From Telmatocola sphagniphila (GTDB lineage: Bacteria > Planctomycetota > Planctomycetia > Gemmatales > Gemmataceae), in NCBI RefSeq assembly GCF_018398935.1, contig NZ_CP074694.1:1020001-1052000 (forward strand): a stretch of DNA of 32,000 nt, written 5' to 3'. Positions 9,196 through 18,076 of the stretch are shown piece after piece (within the stretch, counting starts at the first letter, position 1; each line of letters starts with the position of its first letter). A program made the translations under genes and the position numbers. A model generated the notes under the pieces. The model saw only the letters and a list, made by a program, of their open reading frames with translations. It did not search any database and was not told where the DNA came from.

Positions 9196-9959
9196 GAATG
9201 TTTCTCCGCCGTCATCCGAATGCCTTCGAGAGTGAGAAACGGGCGAACCTGAGTGGAGATCTTCAAGCCGGCGTTCAGCTTCAAACCGTTACCACCCGTG
9301 ATAATCACAACGGCCTCTTTGTTGGTTAGCCGATTCATGCGATCGCATATATAGGCTACGCCTCCGACCGCTTGCCAATAAATCCCGGTTTGAATCGCCT
9401 GGGCCGTATTTTTTCCCGGCAGCGGAAGTTCCTCGGGATGATCTGGAATTTCCACCAGGGGGAGAAGGGCGGTATAAGCGTTGAGTGCTTTGGACATCAG
9501 GCCCAGACCCGGCAGGATCGAGCCTCCCTGAAATACCCCTTTATCATCGACGAGATCGACCGTGATGGCCGTACCGGCATCCACGATAATCGCGGGGCGA
9601 TTCGGAAATTCTTCGCGGGCCGCCAGGGCGTTGAATAATCGGTCGAGTCCGACGCGGTTAGGATTGTCAACCGCGAGTGTAACGTTCAATTGCTTGAAGG
9701 TGTCGATTTTGCGGACCGATTCGCCCTGAGATTCGACCCATTGAATCAGGGTATCCCGCCAGGCCGGTTGAACCCCCGCGATCGTCCAGGAACAGCGATG
9801 GGGTAGCTTCGATTGCCACTTCGTGCGCTGTTCGTACCAGGCTTCAAAATCTTCCGGCGGCAGCGAGATGGCCTCCACGACTTTGCCCTGCTCGCAACGA
9901 CCCCACTTGATCCGGGTATTGCCGATATCCGCCACAATATTGGAGAGGAATTCCTTCAT
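9192..9959 (-). CDS. coaX: type III pantothenate kinase
   Basis: Motifs IVADIGNTRIKWG and VDAGTAITVD. ATG at 9959; the longer ORF-track start lies upstream. Confidence 0.85.
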   Translation of the reverse strand: MKEFLSNIVADIGNTRIKWGRCEQGKVVEAISLPPEDFEAWYEQRTKWQSKLPHRCSWTIAGVQPAWRDTLIQWVESQGESVRKIDTFKQLNVTLAVDNPNRVGLDRLFNALAAREEFPNRPAIIVDAGTAITVDLVDDKGVFQGGSILPGLGLMSKALNAYTALLPLVEIPDHPEELPLPGKNTAQAIQTGIYWQAVGGVAYICDRMNRLTNKEAVVIITGGNGLKLNAGLKISTQVRPFLTLEGIRMTAEKHS

Positions 9960-10067
9960 GCTATTTGTTGTAGTGTCTTCCCGTATGATGAAGTATGTCT
10001 CCTGGCGTTGCATAAAAACAAAACATCCTTAGGCGGATTCACCGAAGGGAATTTGGCCGCGAGTTCA

Positions 10068-12584
10068 ATGAGTCGATCCGCACTTCCTATCGATGCTGTT
10101 CTGCCGGAATTGGTCGACCGTCTTTCCCGACATCCCGCCCTGGTGCTGCAAGCTCCCACCGGCGCGGGGAAAACGACTCGAGTTCCGCCCGCCCTTCTCG
10201 AAGCCGGCTTAGCAGGGGATAAGCTGATAGTCATGGTCGAGCCACGCCGAATTGCCGCGCGTAATGCCGCTCTTCGCATGGCGCAGGAGGCCGGGGAGCG
10301 GATTGGTGCCCGCATCGGTTATGCAGTGCGTTTCGACCGGCAGGCCAGCAACAACACGCGTATTCTGGTCGTGACACCCGGCATTCTGCTTCGAATGCTT
10401 CACGAGGATCCCTTTCTGGAAAAAGTCGAAGTTCTGATCTTCGATGAATTCCACGAACGGGGTCTGGAATCCGACTTGGCTTTAGGAATGGCCCGTCTGA
10501 TCCGCGAAACCGTGCGTCCCGAACTGAAACTGGTCGTGATGTCGGCCACGCTGGATGCGGAAAATATCTCCCGATTTCTTGAAGACTGCCCGATCGTTAC
10601 CAGCGAAGGGCGAATGTTCCCAGTCGAGGTGGTCTATCAACCCAAGGCCCCCGAAGAGAACGATCTCTCGGCAGTTCTCCGGGCCATCGACTATGTTCTG
10701 GACGAAACTGCGCAGGATCTTCTGGTCTTTTTACCCGATCTGAATGAGATTCGCAGGCTTTCGGATGAACTGTTGCAGCAGTTTCCCGACTTGCTGATTC
10801 TCCCTTTGTATGGCGATCTCCCGCCCGACCGTCAGGATCACGCTTTGAAACCCCAAGGACGGCGGCGAATCGTCCTGGCCACCAACATCGCGGAAACCTC
10901 CGTGACGGTGGAAGGGATCACCGGAATCGTCGATACCGGCACGGCCTGGGAGAAAAGCTACGACGCCTCCGTCGGTTTGGATCGCATGATCCGAGCGAAT
11001 ATTTCCCAGGCCGCCACGGAACAGCGGCGCGGCCGGGCCGGGCGAACGCAACCGGGAATTTGCGTACGGCTCTGGTCGGAACATGCCCAGAAATCGCGCG
11101 CGGCTCAGACGATTCCCGAAATCAGCCGGGTGGATCTGGCAGGGGCCATTCTGCAACTGTTGAAATTTGGAGAAAAAGATCCGCTCCAATTCCCCTGGCT
11201 CACGCCTCCCAATCCGCTGGCCGTGAAGCAGGCGATGGAATTGCTGAAGATGCTGGAAGCCATCGATCAAAACGGGTTGACCCCACTCGGGGATCAAATG
11301 GCTCAGCTTCCCGTGCATCCGCGTCTTGCTCGATTGTTGCTCTCGGCAGAAGACTATGGCTGTCTAGACGAGGCCAGTCTGGCGGCCGCGTTACTCTCAG
11401 AAAGAGATCCTTTCCCACGTTTTGGGATGGAGGCTTTGCAGTCGGTGGAATCCGATCTGATGGAAAAGCTCGAGGCCTTGCAAACATTCGAGAGTACCAA
11501 TGAATGGCGAACTCCGATAGGGGAATTGAATCGGGGGATCGCGAAAAACCTGCTCCAGACCCGAAATGAGTTAAGCCGACTGACGCCGCGGCAACGTTCG
11601 GATTCCGGACGGGACTCACAGAATCTGGAGCGAGGTCTCTCTCGGGCCTTGTTGGACGCCTATCCCGATAGGCTTTGCCGCCGGAGAACTCCCAAAGGAT
11701 TGAAGGGGTTGATGGTGGGCGGGCGAGGAACCTTCCAGCATCCGATGAGCCGGGTGCGCGAAGCGATGCTATTTCTGGCTCTGGATATTGATGCGGGGAA
11801 TGGGGAGACGAGAGTTCGCATGGCCCATGGGATTCAGAGGGAGTGGATCTCAAGTCATAAACTGGAATCCCGGATCGAGGTGGAATGGGACGAGGGAACT
11901 CAAAAATTCACCGCCTTTAAACGCCTCTATTTCCAGGATCTGATCTTGGAGGAGAAATCCGCACAGATACCGGAGGGTCACGATACGAGCAGTGTGCTGC
12001 TTCAAAAAATTCAGCGCGATGTCTCGATTATTCGCCCCGCCGCCGATTCGAAAGTCGGACAGTTTCTGCTCCGCTGGGAATGTTTACGCGAATGGCTGCC
12101 AGAACGCGAAATTCCAGCTTGCGATGAGGCGTTACTCCTTGAAATTGCCGGCTGGTTAATCCCCAGCTGCCGGTCATTGGAGGATCTACGAAACGCCGAC
12201 TGGTTATCCGCCTTTCGACAGAAATTGGGCTCACCGATCTGGAATTTATTGGAGAATGAAGCTCCGGAGAAGATGGCGGTTCCCTCGGGGAATGAAATCC
12301 GATTGACCTATGAGGCTCGCCGTCCTCCGATCCTGGCGGTTCGGATTCAGGAAATGTTCGGTTTAACCGAAACCCCCCGGGTGGCAAGCGGACGCGTGCC
12401 TGTACTGCTGCATCTCCTGGCCCCGAACTATCGGCCGCAACAGGTCACGGAAGATTTAGCCAGTTTCTGGAAGAATACCTATCCTATCGTTCGCAAAGAG
12501 CTTCGCGGCCGCTACCCCAAGCATTCCTGGCCGGACGATCCGACCGTGGCTCCCGCCGAGAGCCGGCCGAGGCGTAGAAGTTGA
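10068..12584 (+). CDS. hrpB: ATP-dependent DEAH-box helicase HrpB
   Basis: Motifs APTGAGKTT, DEFHER, SAT and QRRGRAGR, plus a long HrpB-type C-terminal region. ATG at 10068 (MSRSALPIDAVLPEL). The ORF-track 5' extension overlaps coaX antisense. Confidence 0.9.
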   Translation: MSRSALPIDAVLPELVDRLSRHPALVLQAPTGAGKTTRVPPALLEAGLAGDKLIVMVEPRRIAARNAALRMAQEAGERIGARIGYAVRFDRQASNNTRILVVTPGILLRMLHEDPFLEKVEVLIFDEFHERGLESDLALGMARLIRETVRPELKLVVMSATLDAENISRFLEDCPIVTSEGRMFPVEVVYQPKAPEENDLSAVLRAIDYVLDETAQDLLVFLPDLNEIRRLSDELLQQFPDLLILPLYGDLPPDRQDHALKPQGRRRIVLATNIAETSVTVEGITGIVDTGTAWEKSYDASVGLDRMIRANISQAATEQRRGRAGRTQPGICVRLWSEHAQKSRAAQTIPEISRVDLAGAILQLLKFGEKDPLQFPWLTPPNPLAVKQAMELLKMLEAIDQNGLTPLGDQMAQLPVHPRLARLLLSAEDYGCLDEASLAAALLSERDPFPRFGMEALQSVESDLMEKLEALQTFESTNEWRTPIGELNRGIAKNLLQTRNELSRLTPRQRSDSGRDSQNLERGLSRALLDAYPDRLCRRRTPKGLKGLMVGGRGTFQHPMSRVREAMLFLALDIDAGNGETRVRMAHGIQREWISSHKLESRIEVEWDEGTQKFTAFKRLYFQDLILEEKSAQIPEGHDTSSVLLQKIQRDVSIIRPAADSKVGQFLLRWECLREWLPEREIPACDEALLLEIAGWLIPSCRSLEDLRNADWLSAFRQKLGSPIWNLLENEAPEKMAVPSGNEIRLTYEARRPPILAVRIQEMFGLTETPRVASGRVPVLLHLLAPNYRPQQVTEDLASFWKNTYPIVRKELRGRYPKHSWPDDPTVAPAESRPRRRS

Positions 12585-12587
12585 GTA

Positions 12588-14147
12588 CTAGTTGAGCGAG
12601 ATTTCGTAGCGGAAATTATTGTTAGGGGTCGCAGTCTCTTCCGGCCGATTCGGCAGTAAAAGTATGCCTTTACCCGCTTCCAGCCGATATTCAATTGGTT
12701 TTTCGAATAAGGGATCGTTCGGAAGGGTGACTTCGGTAATGTCTTCTAACTTTTCTGGCAGTTTGCCGATGCGGGCAACATAGAGTCGAATGGCTTCAAT
12801 GTGTCGCAGGGCGACGAGTTGTCGTTCCAGCCGGACGTTCGCCTGATGAACTTTGACGATAGCGGGGATTTGCAGCATCAGCAGGTTTCGCAGCGGATTT
12901 TTCGCCCGGCTGTCGGATACTAATTCTTTCAGCTTTTTTTCCTGCTTATCGAACTCTTTTGAAGCTTGCAACAGAGGCATGTTGAATGTGGTAAAAAGCG
13001 TGTCGTGCACGTCCTGACAAACAATCCACTCGGCCACCATGTAGCGCTGGGTCGGGGACATACTTTCGATTTCCTTGTCCGATTTACCAGCCTCTTTGAG
13101 CGTTTTTTTCGCTTGAGCCTGTTGAGCATCAATCATTATGTGCAAAGCGGCTCGCATTCCGAATTCTTCCAGAACAGAGATTTTGCTATCTCCACCGGCG
13201 ATCTTGCGCAAAAGCTCGGTCATCTTCAGGAAAAGGTCCTGCGCTTTCGATTCGGTGATTGGTCCCTGATCCGCCGCCTTGAAACTCGCCAGCAGGGAGG
13301 CCATGCCACGCAGTTCCCCTTCGATGACTCCCTGCTTGTTCAGAAAGGGAGTGGGCAAGTCGGTCAAAGCCCAGAACAGGTTGGGAGCCTCTTGCTGCTG
13401 GATCAAAAACTCAATCTCGCCCAGTTGCTGAGACATCACGGCGATGCCGACCAGCATGCTGATGAGCGTATTGCCTTCACCGGTCCGTTTGGCCAGGGTC
13501 ACTCCATCGCGCAAATGGAGAATGGCCGCATCGAATTTTCCGTCGAGTACATCCAAACGGGTGGAATAGTTGATCTGTCGTGCCAAACCGCGAATTGAAT
13601 TCAGTTCCGGGAGCAACAGGCTGACATTTTCCTGATCGATTCTACGGTGAGTGTCCCAATCGCAGCCCGTACAAAGTGTGGCACTGCGCAGCTCCTTTAA
13701 CGCCAGGATGGAAAGCCGGTCTTCGACGAATTTGCGAAACTGCTCAATAGGAATTTCTTTTCGAGGTTTCTGCAGATTTTCGTAATAAAATTCTTCATCC
13801 GTCGTGTAGAATTTCCGCTTTTCCTCGGCCGTCGTCAGTTTCGATTGCAAGTGCTGATTGAATTCATTCAGCAAGAGGATGGATCGATAATACGACAGGG
13901 CGGCATTTCCCGGAACGCGCTGGCTGACTGCTGCCTGAAGTTGATACTTCAAACGAGGCGTCGGGGCGGCTTTGCCTGAGATGGAAAATTTTTTCAGCGT
14001 CTGCTTGGGAAGTGCGTCGTCGAACTTTTCCGGGGTCTTGGAACTGGTTTTTTTCTCGTCGGTCTGGGCGGTCAGATAGTTGGAACTGAAGAGAAGCAGT
14101 AAGACCAGACTGACTAGACTGGCGAACCGCACGGCGGAAATTGACAT
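12588..14147 (-). CDS. secreted, mostly helical hypothetical protein (third gene of the ECF sigma operon)
   Basis: Signal peptide MSISAVRFASLVSLVLLLLFSSNYLTAQ at ATG 14147. It lies 13 bp downstream of the anti-sigma-like gene. I recognise no family. Confidence 0.6.
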   Translation of the reverse strand: MSISAVRFASLVSLVLLLLFSSNYLTAQTDEKKTSSKTPEKFDDALPKQTLKKFSISGKAAPTPRLKYQLQAAVSQRVPGNAALSYYRSILLLNEFNQHLQSKLTTAEEKRKFYTTDEEFYYENLQKPRKEIPIEQFRKFVEDRLSILALKELRSATLCTGCDWDTHRRIDQENVSLLLPELNSIRGLARQINYSTRLDVLDGKFDAAILHLRDGVTLAKRTGEGNTLISMLVGIAVMSQQLGEIEFLIQQQEAPNLFWALTDLPTPFLNKQGVIEGELRGMASLLASFKAADQGPITESKAQDLFLKMTELLRKIAGGDSKISVLEEFGMRAALHIMIDAQQAQAKKTLKEAGKSDKEIESMSPTQRYMVAEWIVCQDVHDTLFTTFNMPLLQASKEFDKQEKKLKELVSDSRAKNPLRNLLMLQIPAIVKVHQANVRLERQLVALRHIEAIRLYVARIGKLPEKLEDITEVTLPNDPLFEKPIEYRLEAGKGILLLPNRPEETATPNNNFRYEISLN

Positions 14148-14160
14148 AGAGGGAAATCCA

Positions 14161-14676
14161 TTATTTTTTAAAATCTCGGGGTACTGGAACAGCAAATACG
14201 CCGCCCGAAAGTCCATCCGTCAATTCGAAGATGGACTTACCCCCCGCGGAGTTTGCGAGACCGTAAGGAGGCTGTTCGTCCGGCAGTTGATCGATGCCCC
14301 CTTCCAGGATCTCCTGTCTTAAACGAATACTGCTTATCATCTCCGGCGTCAATTCGGGGACAGCAATGGTCATGGAATCTTCGGGAATGACCGGTTTCAC
14401 TTGAGGTGCGGGAGGAGAAGTATTCGGTCCATTTCCGGTTCTGGGGGTGAGGGCGACATCCGCTGATCCCTGTCTGGGAGGCGTAACCAGAAAGCAAGCC
14501 AGAGCGATAGTGGTCACCGCGAGAATCGCCGTCATGCTCTGCCAGACCCAGGCCATGGGATTGCGGGCGGCGGAGCGACCGGCTTCGAAGAGCAAACGTT
14601 CGCGGCTGAGGGCATGCGGCACGGGTGGGAGATTCCGTAACGCCTGGGCCAGCGGATCAAAATTCATGTCAGACAT
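14161..14676 (-). CDS. putative single-pass membrane anti-sigma factor
   Basis: It lies 37 bp downstream of the ECF sigma gene. One transmembrane helix (WVWQSMTAILAVTTIALACFLV). ATG at 14676 (MSDMNFDP). The call is based on position only; there is no zinc-binding HxxxCxxC motif. Confidence 0.5.
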   Translation of the reverse strand: MSDMNFDPLAQALRNLPPVPHALSRERLLFEAGRSAARNPMAWVWQSMTAILAVTTIALACFLVTPPRQGSADVALTPRTGNGPNTSPPAPQVKPVIPEDSMTIAVPELTPEMISSIRLRQEILEGGIDQLPDEQPPYGLANSAGGKSIFELTDGLSGGVFAVPVPRDFKK

Positions 14677-14713
14677 TGGTATAATCCAGGGGCAACTTAT
14701 TTTTCGGGTAGGA

Positions 14714-15196
14714 TCAATCTTCCTGGGACACTTGCAGTATGTGTCGCAGTTGTTGCAGGCCGGCCGAATAACGGCGCCAGACTGTAGCCGCGGAACCACC
14801 GACCACGTCGGAAATCTGTTCGAAAGTCAGGCCGCCCCAAAGGTGAGCGACTATGATTTCACGTTGTTCAATTGGAAGCTCGCCGAGAGACTGAGTCGCT
14901 CGCACGGCGTCCAAACCCGCAGGGTCATCGGCGGGTAAAAACCAGGCTCCCGCCCGTTGAGCCGCTTTGGTTTCGTGGTTCTGACGCCGCTTCTCCGCCC
15001 GATGCTGACTGATCGAGGCGTTTCGGACCACTCGATAAAGCCAGGGGATCGGTTGCGTCGGCAACGGGTTCTGTCGAACCAGCTTCATGAAAGATTCCTG
15101 CACGACATCATCCGCGGCATTGCACCACTGTCGGGCGTACAGCGTCAAGGCCGGTCCGTAACGATCGATCAGGTAGCTGAGAAAATCGGGATCCAT
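14714..15196 (-). CDS. ECF-type RNA polymerase sigma-70 family factor
   Basis: Region 2 (DDVVQESFMKL...PWLYRVVRNASI) and a region 4 HTH (LTFEQISDVVGGSAATVWRRYSAGLQQLR). 160 aa. Confidence 0.85.
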   Translation of the reverse strand: MDPDFLSYLIDRYGPALTLYARQWCNAADDVVQESFMKLVRQNPLPTQPIPWLYRVVRNASISQHRAEKRRQNHETKAAQRAGAWFLPADDPAGLDAVRATQSLGELPIEQREIIVAHLWGGLTFEQISDVVGGSAATVWRRYSAGLQQLRHILQVSQED

Positions 15197-15524
15197 TACC
15201 TTTATAACGTTTCCAGTGGGAGCTCATTTCAAATAGATATGGACCGCTTTCCTAAATAATACGAAGGTTGTTCTCGGACGTGTCAGAGCGTTGGCCGCCT
15301 TTTGAGTCACTCCTCCCTCAATTCAGTCGCGCCGATTAATCATTACAGCCCGAATAAGAGACGTATTTTGACATACACACCATGAGATCTTGGGGGAAAT
15401 TGCCGGCTAAAATCATTCCTTATCTAAATCTTCCCTAATAATCTTTTTCACTGCGCGCAAGTACCCAAATACCCGACGTTAACAGATTGTAAATGTTCCA
15501 TCTCCCCCCAGTCGGAACGATGTC

Positions 15525-17186
15525 ATGTGCTCCTTGAGATCACTTCTTCTGATTCTCGCTTCAGCTATCCTTTTCGGAGCGGTTTCGAGTGCGTACGCGC
15601 AGGAAGTCCAGATTCCCAATATAGAAGTTCTGGCGAAAGGCCCGGTTCACGAAGGTTTCGCCAGTTCCTCGGAGCAGGCTCCCGTTCCCGGCACTGTTGT
15701 CACTAAAGCTCCTCCCGAACAGATCGACGAAATTCCGCCCGACCAGAAACCCGCCGGGGATACCGTAGTTTGGATTCCCGGCTACTGGGCCTGGGATGAA
15801 GAACGAGCGGATTATCTTTGGGTAAGCGGGTTCTGGCGTGTGCCGCCACCCAATCGCACCTGGGTTCCCGGAAGCTGGCGAAAGACGGATAAGGGCTACC
15901 AATGGGTTGCCGGTTTCTGGAATCCCATTCAGCAGCAGCAATCGGAAATCCAGTACTACGCGCCGCCGCCCGCCCCTCTGGATATCGGCCCCAACGTCCC
16001 TGCCCCCAACGAGACTTCGACCTACGTCAACGGCGCCTGGGTATGGAAAGGGCACTGGGCCTGGCGAACCGGGTACTGGATCGAATATCGCCCCGGTTAT
16101 ATCTGGGTTCCCGCCCATTATCGCTGGACACCTTGCGGTTACATCTTCATCGACGGCTACTGGGATTATGCCTTGGCCGATCGCGGAATGCTATTCGCTC
16201 CGGTCTACTTCCGGACGGCGATCTACACCCGGCCTTCCTATTACTACACGCCGACGGTCTGGATTCGCGATGATCACATGATGCGGGCTCTGTTTGTCCG
16301 ACGCGGAACCGGTTCCTACTACTTCGGGGACTACTTCGGTTCGGGCTATGCGGATCGAGGTTTCACGGCTTGGATCAGCTCCGGAAACGTGGCAGTGGGC
16401 TTCGCCTACGCACGCGGCTTCTACGATCCGATGTTTTCTTATTATCGGGTAACCAACCGCACCGATCCGGCCTGGAATCGCGGCTTGGTCGATCTCTACG
16501 TCTCGCGGCACAACAATCCGGCGCTGCGTCCTCCGAGTACGCTGATTCAACAGAACACGCTGGTCAACAATTTCAACAAATCGAACTCGGTGCTCGGCGG
16601 ACAACAGATCCAGAGTGTCACCATGCTTTCGAGCATTCGGGATTCGCATTCCACCTCGAGTCTGAAGTTGCAACCGATTTCAGAATCGGCTCGGCAGGAC
16701 CAGGTTCGAATTGCCCGACAGATCCAGGATATGGGAAGAAGTCGCGCGGTATCGGAAACGCATTTGATTTCTTCGCCAAGTCGAAATGCGGACGGCATCC
16801 AAAAAGTCGCCCTGACCGTTCCTCGACAACTGGCGCAGCGAACCAACGTCATGAAGTTGGAGATGCCGACACAGATTCAGCACAAGGCGGAATTGATTGG
16901 CAACCCAAAGAAGGGGGATAGTATCCCGAATTCTTCGAATTCGACGACGATTCCAAAATCGAATTCACCCGCCTTGCTTCCGAAGTTGCCAACCGCGGGA
17001 GGAAGCCTCCCAACACTCCCCCAGACACCCGGCAGTCCGAATGTGCCGAGTGGCGTCGGACCTGCGATAACTCCGAAAAATCCCTCTTCCGCACCCGGCG
17101 GAACTCTGCCCAATTCCAAAGGGGGATCGGATACAAAAGGCGGCGATAAAAAATCCGGGGAGAAACGGGATCGCGATAAGCCCTAA
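15525..17186 (+). CDS. secreted Trp-rich WxxGxW/YxWGxW-repeat protein with Pro/Ser/Lys-rich tail
   Basis: Signal peptide MCSLRSLLLILASAILFGAVSSAYAQE. Repeated W-x-P-G-x-W blocks (WIPGYWAW, WVSGFWRV, WVPGSWRK, WVAGFWNP, YVNGAWVW, RTGYWIEY, IDGYWDY). Confidence 0.7.
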   Translation: MCSLRSLLLILASAILFGAVSSAYAQEVQIPNIEVLAKGPVHEGFASSSEQAPVPGTVVTKAPPEQIDEIPPDQKPAGDTVVWIPGYWAWDEERADYLWVSGFWRVPPPNRTWVPGSWRKTDKGYQWVAGFWNPIQQQQSEIQYYAPPPAPLDIGPNVPAPNETSTYVNGAWVWKGHWAWRTGYWIEYRPGYIWVPAHYRWTPCGYIFIDGYWDYALADRGMLFAPVYFRTAIYTRPSYYYTPTVWIRDDHMMRALFVRRGTGSYYFGDYFGSGYADRGFTAWISSGNVAVGFAYARGFYDPMFSYYRVTNRTDPAWNRGLVDLYVSRHNNPALRPPSTLIQQNTLVNNFNKSNSVLGGQQIQSVTMLSSIRDSHSTSSLKLQPISESARQDQVRIARQIQDMGRSRAVSETHLISSPSRNADGIQKVALTVPRQLAQRTNVMKLEMPTQIQHKAELIGNPKKGDSIPNSSNSTTIPKSNSPALLPKLPTAGGSLPTLPQTPGSPNVPSGVGPAITPKNPSSAPGGTLPNSKGGSDTKGGDKKSGEKRDRDKP

Positions 17187-17350
17187 GGGATTCTGGCCAA
17201 AGTGATCTTCCTCCTCGGAGGAGTCCTTTGAAATTTCGGTCTACTCCCTCCCCGAGCCCACCGAAACGTATAGCATATTTTGCGGAACCTGCTTCCGCTT
17301 TTATGTCGGATAAGAGCCAGCGAGTTCCTCCCAGATCTTCAGTTGTTGCG

Positions 17351-17908
17351 ATGGCTATTCAATCCCTATTCGATTTTTCCAGGCCCACTTCGATTCACGA
17401 GTGGTACGTCGTGAATGACGATGTGATGGGGGGCATTTCGCGGAGCGAAATCTCCCGGACGGAGCGAAAGAGCCTGCAATTCACCGGCGATTTATCGCTC
17501 GAACGCAATGGCGGATTTGCCTCGGTCCGCACACTCCCCAAAAATCTCCACCTGCAATCGGGAGATATTTTGATCGCTCAGCTGATCGGGGACGGCCGGG
17601 AATATTCCTTCAATCTCTATCCCAATCGTCCCCAGACCGCATTCTCCTACCGCTGCCGGATCGCTACCCTTGCAAATCAGAGGTTGACCCACCGGTTTAC
17701 TTTCGATCAATTTTTGGCCACTTCGTTCGGCCGTCCCGTTCCCGGAGCGGGATCCCTGGAACCGTCCGAAATTGCGGCGGTCGGCTTTCTTTTGTCCGAT
17801 AAGTCGCCGGGCAGTTTCTGCCTGGAAATCGATTGGATTCGCGTGCAAAGACGAAGTGCGGAGGCGTTCTCCTTCTTCGCTGAAATGTGGACTTTCGAGC
17901 ATCATTGA
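17351..17908 (+). CDS. CIA30 (complex I intermediate-associated protein 30)-like domain protein
   Basis: Motifs WYVVNDDVMGGISRS and FTGDLSLERNGGFASVRT. The start is uncertain: ATG at 17351 or 17303, and the ORF-track 17228 is TTG. Confidence 0.7.
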   Translation: MAIQSLFDFSRPTSIHEWYVVNDDVMGGISRSEISRTERKSLQFTGDLSLERNGGFASVRTLPKNLHLQSGDILIAQLIGDGREYSFNLYPNRPQTAFSYRCRIATLANQRLTHRFTFDQFLATSFGRPVPGAGSLEPSEIAAVGFLLSDKSPGSFCLEIDWIRVQRRSAEAFSFFAEMWTFEHH

Positions 17909-18076
17909 TCGTAGGCAAACCGGATCGGACGCTTTTTTAGGTCTTCTTCTTCCCCTTCGAATTTATGCGAAATGACTTCTCTTACTTGACTTCACAGGGA
18001 ATATCGTGTCTTCTAAGGGCACGGTCTCACCCCGAATGCAAGCGATTGACCGATCATCAGGATCCGGAGAGAAATC

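Noticed and set aside
9813-10067. 5' extension of the hrpB ORF, and other long ORFs antisense to well-supported genes (e.g. 10731-11318, 11200-11853, 15561-16118, 21275-21865, 25532-26122, 12966-13598)
   Set aside because: These are shadow ORFs of the kind typical of GC-rich coding DNA. They overlap motif-supported CDSs on the other strand and have Arg/Pro/Gly-rich compositions.
15197-15524. ECF-type promoter (GAAC-N16/17-CGT) in the sigma / W-repeat divergent region
   Set aside because: GGAAC and GAGAAC strings are present. However, none has a correctly spaced CGT-type -10 element at a plausible distance from either start codon.
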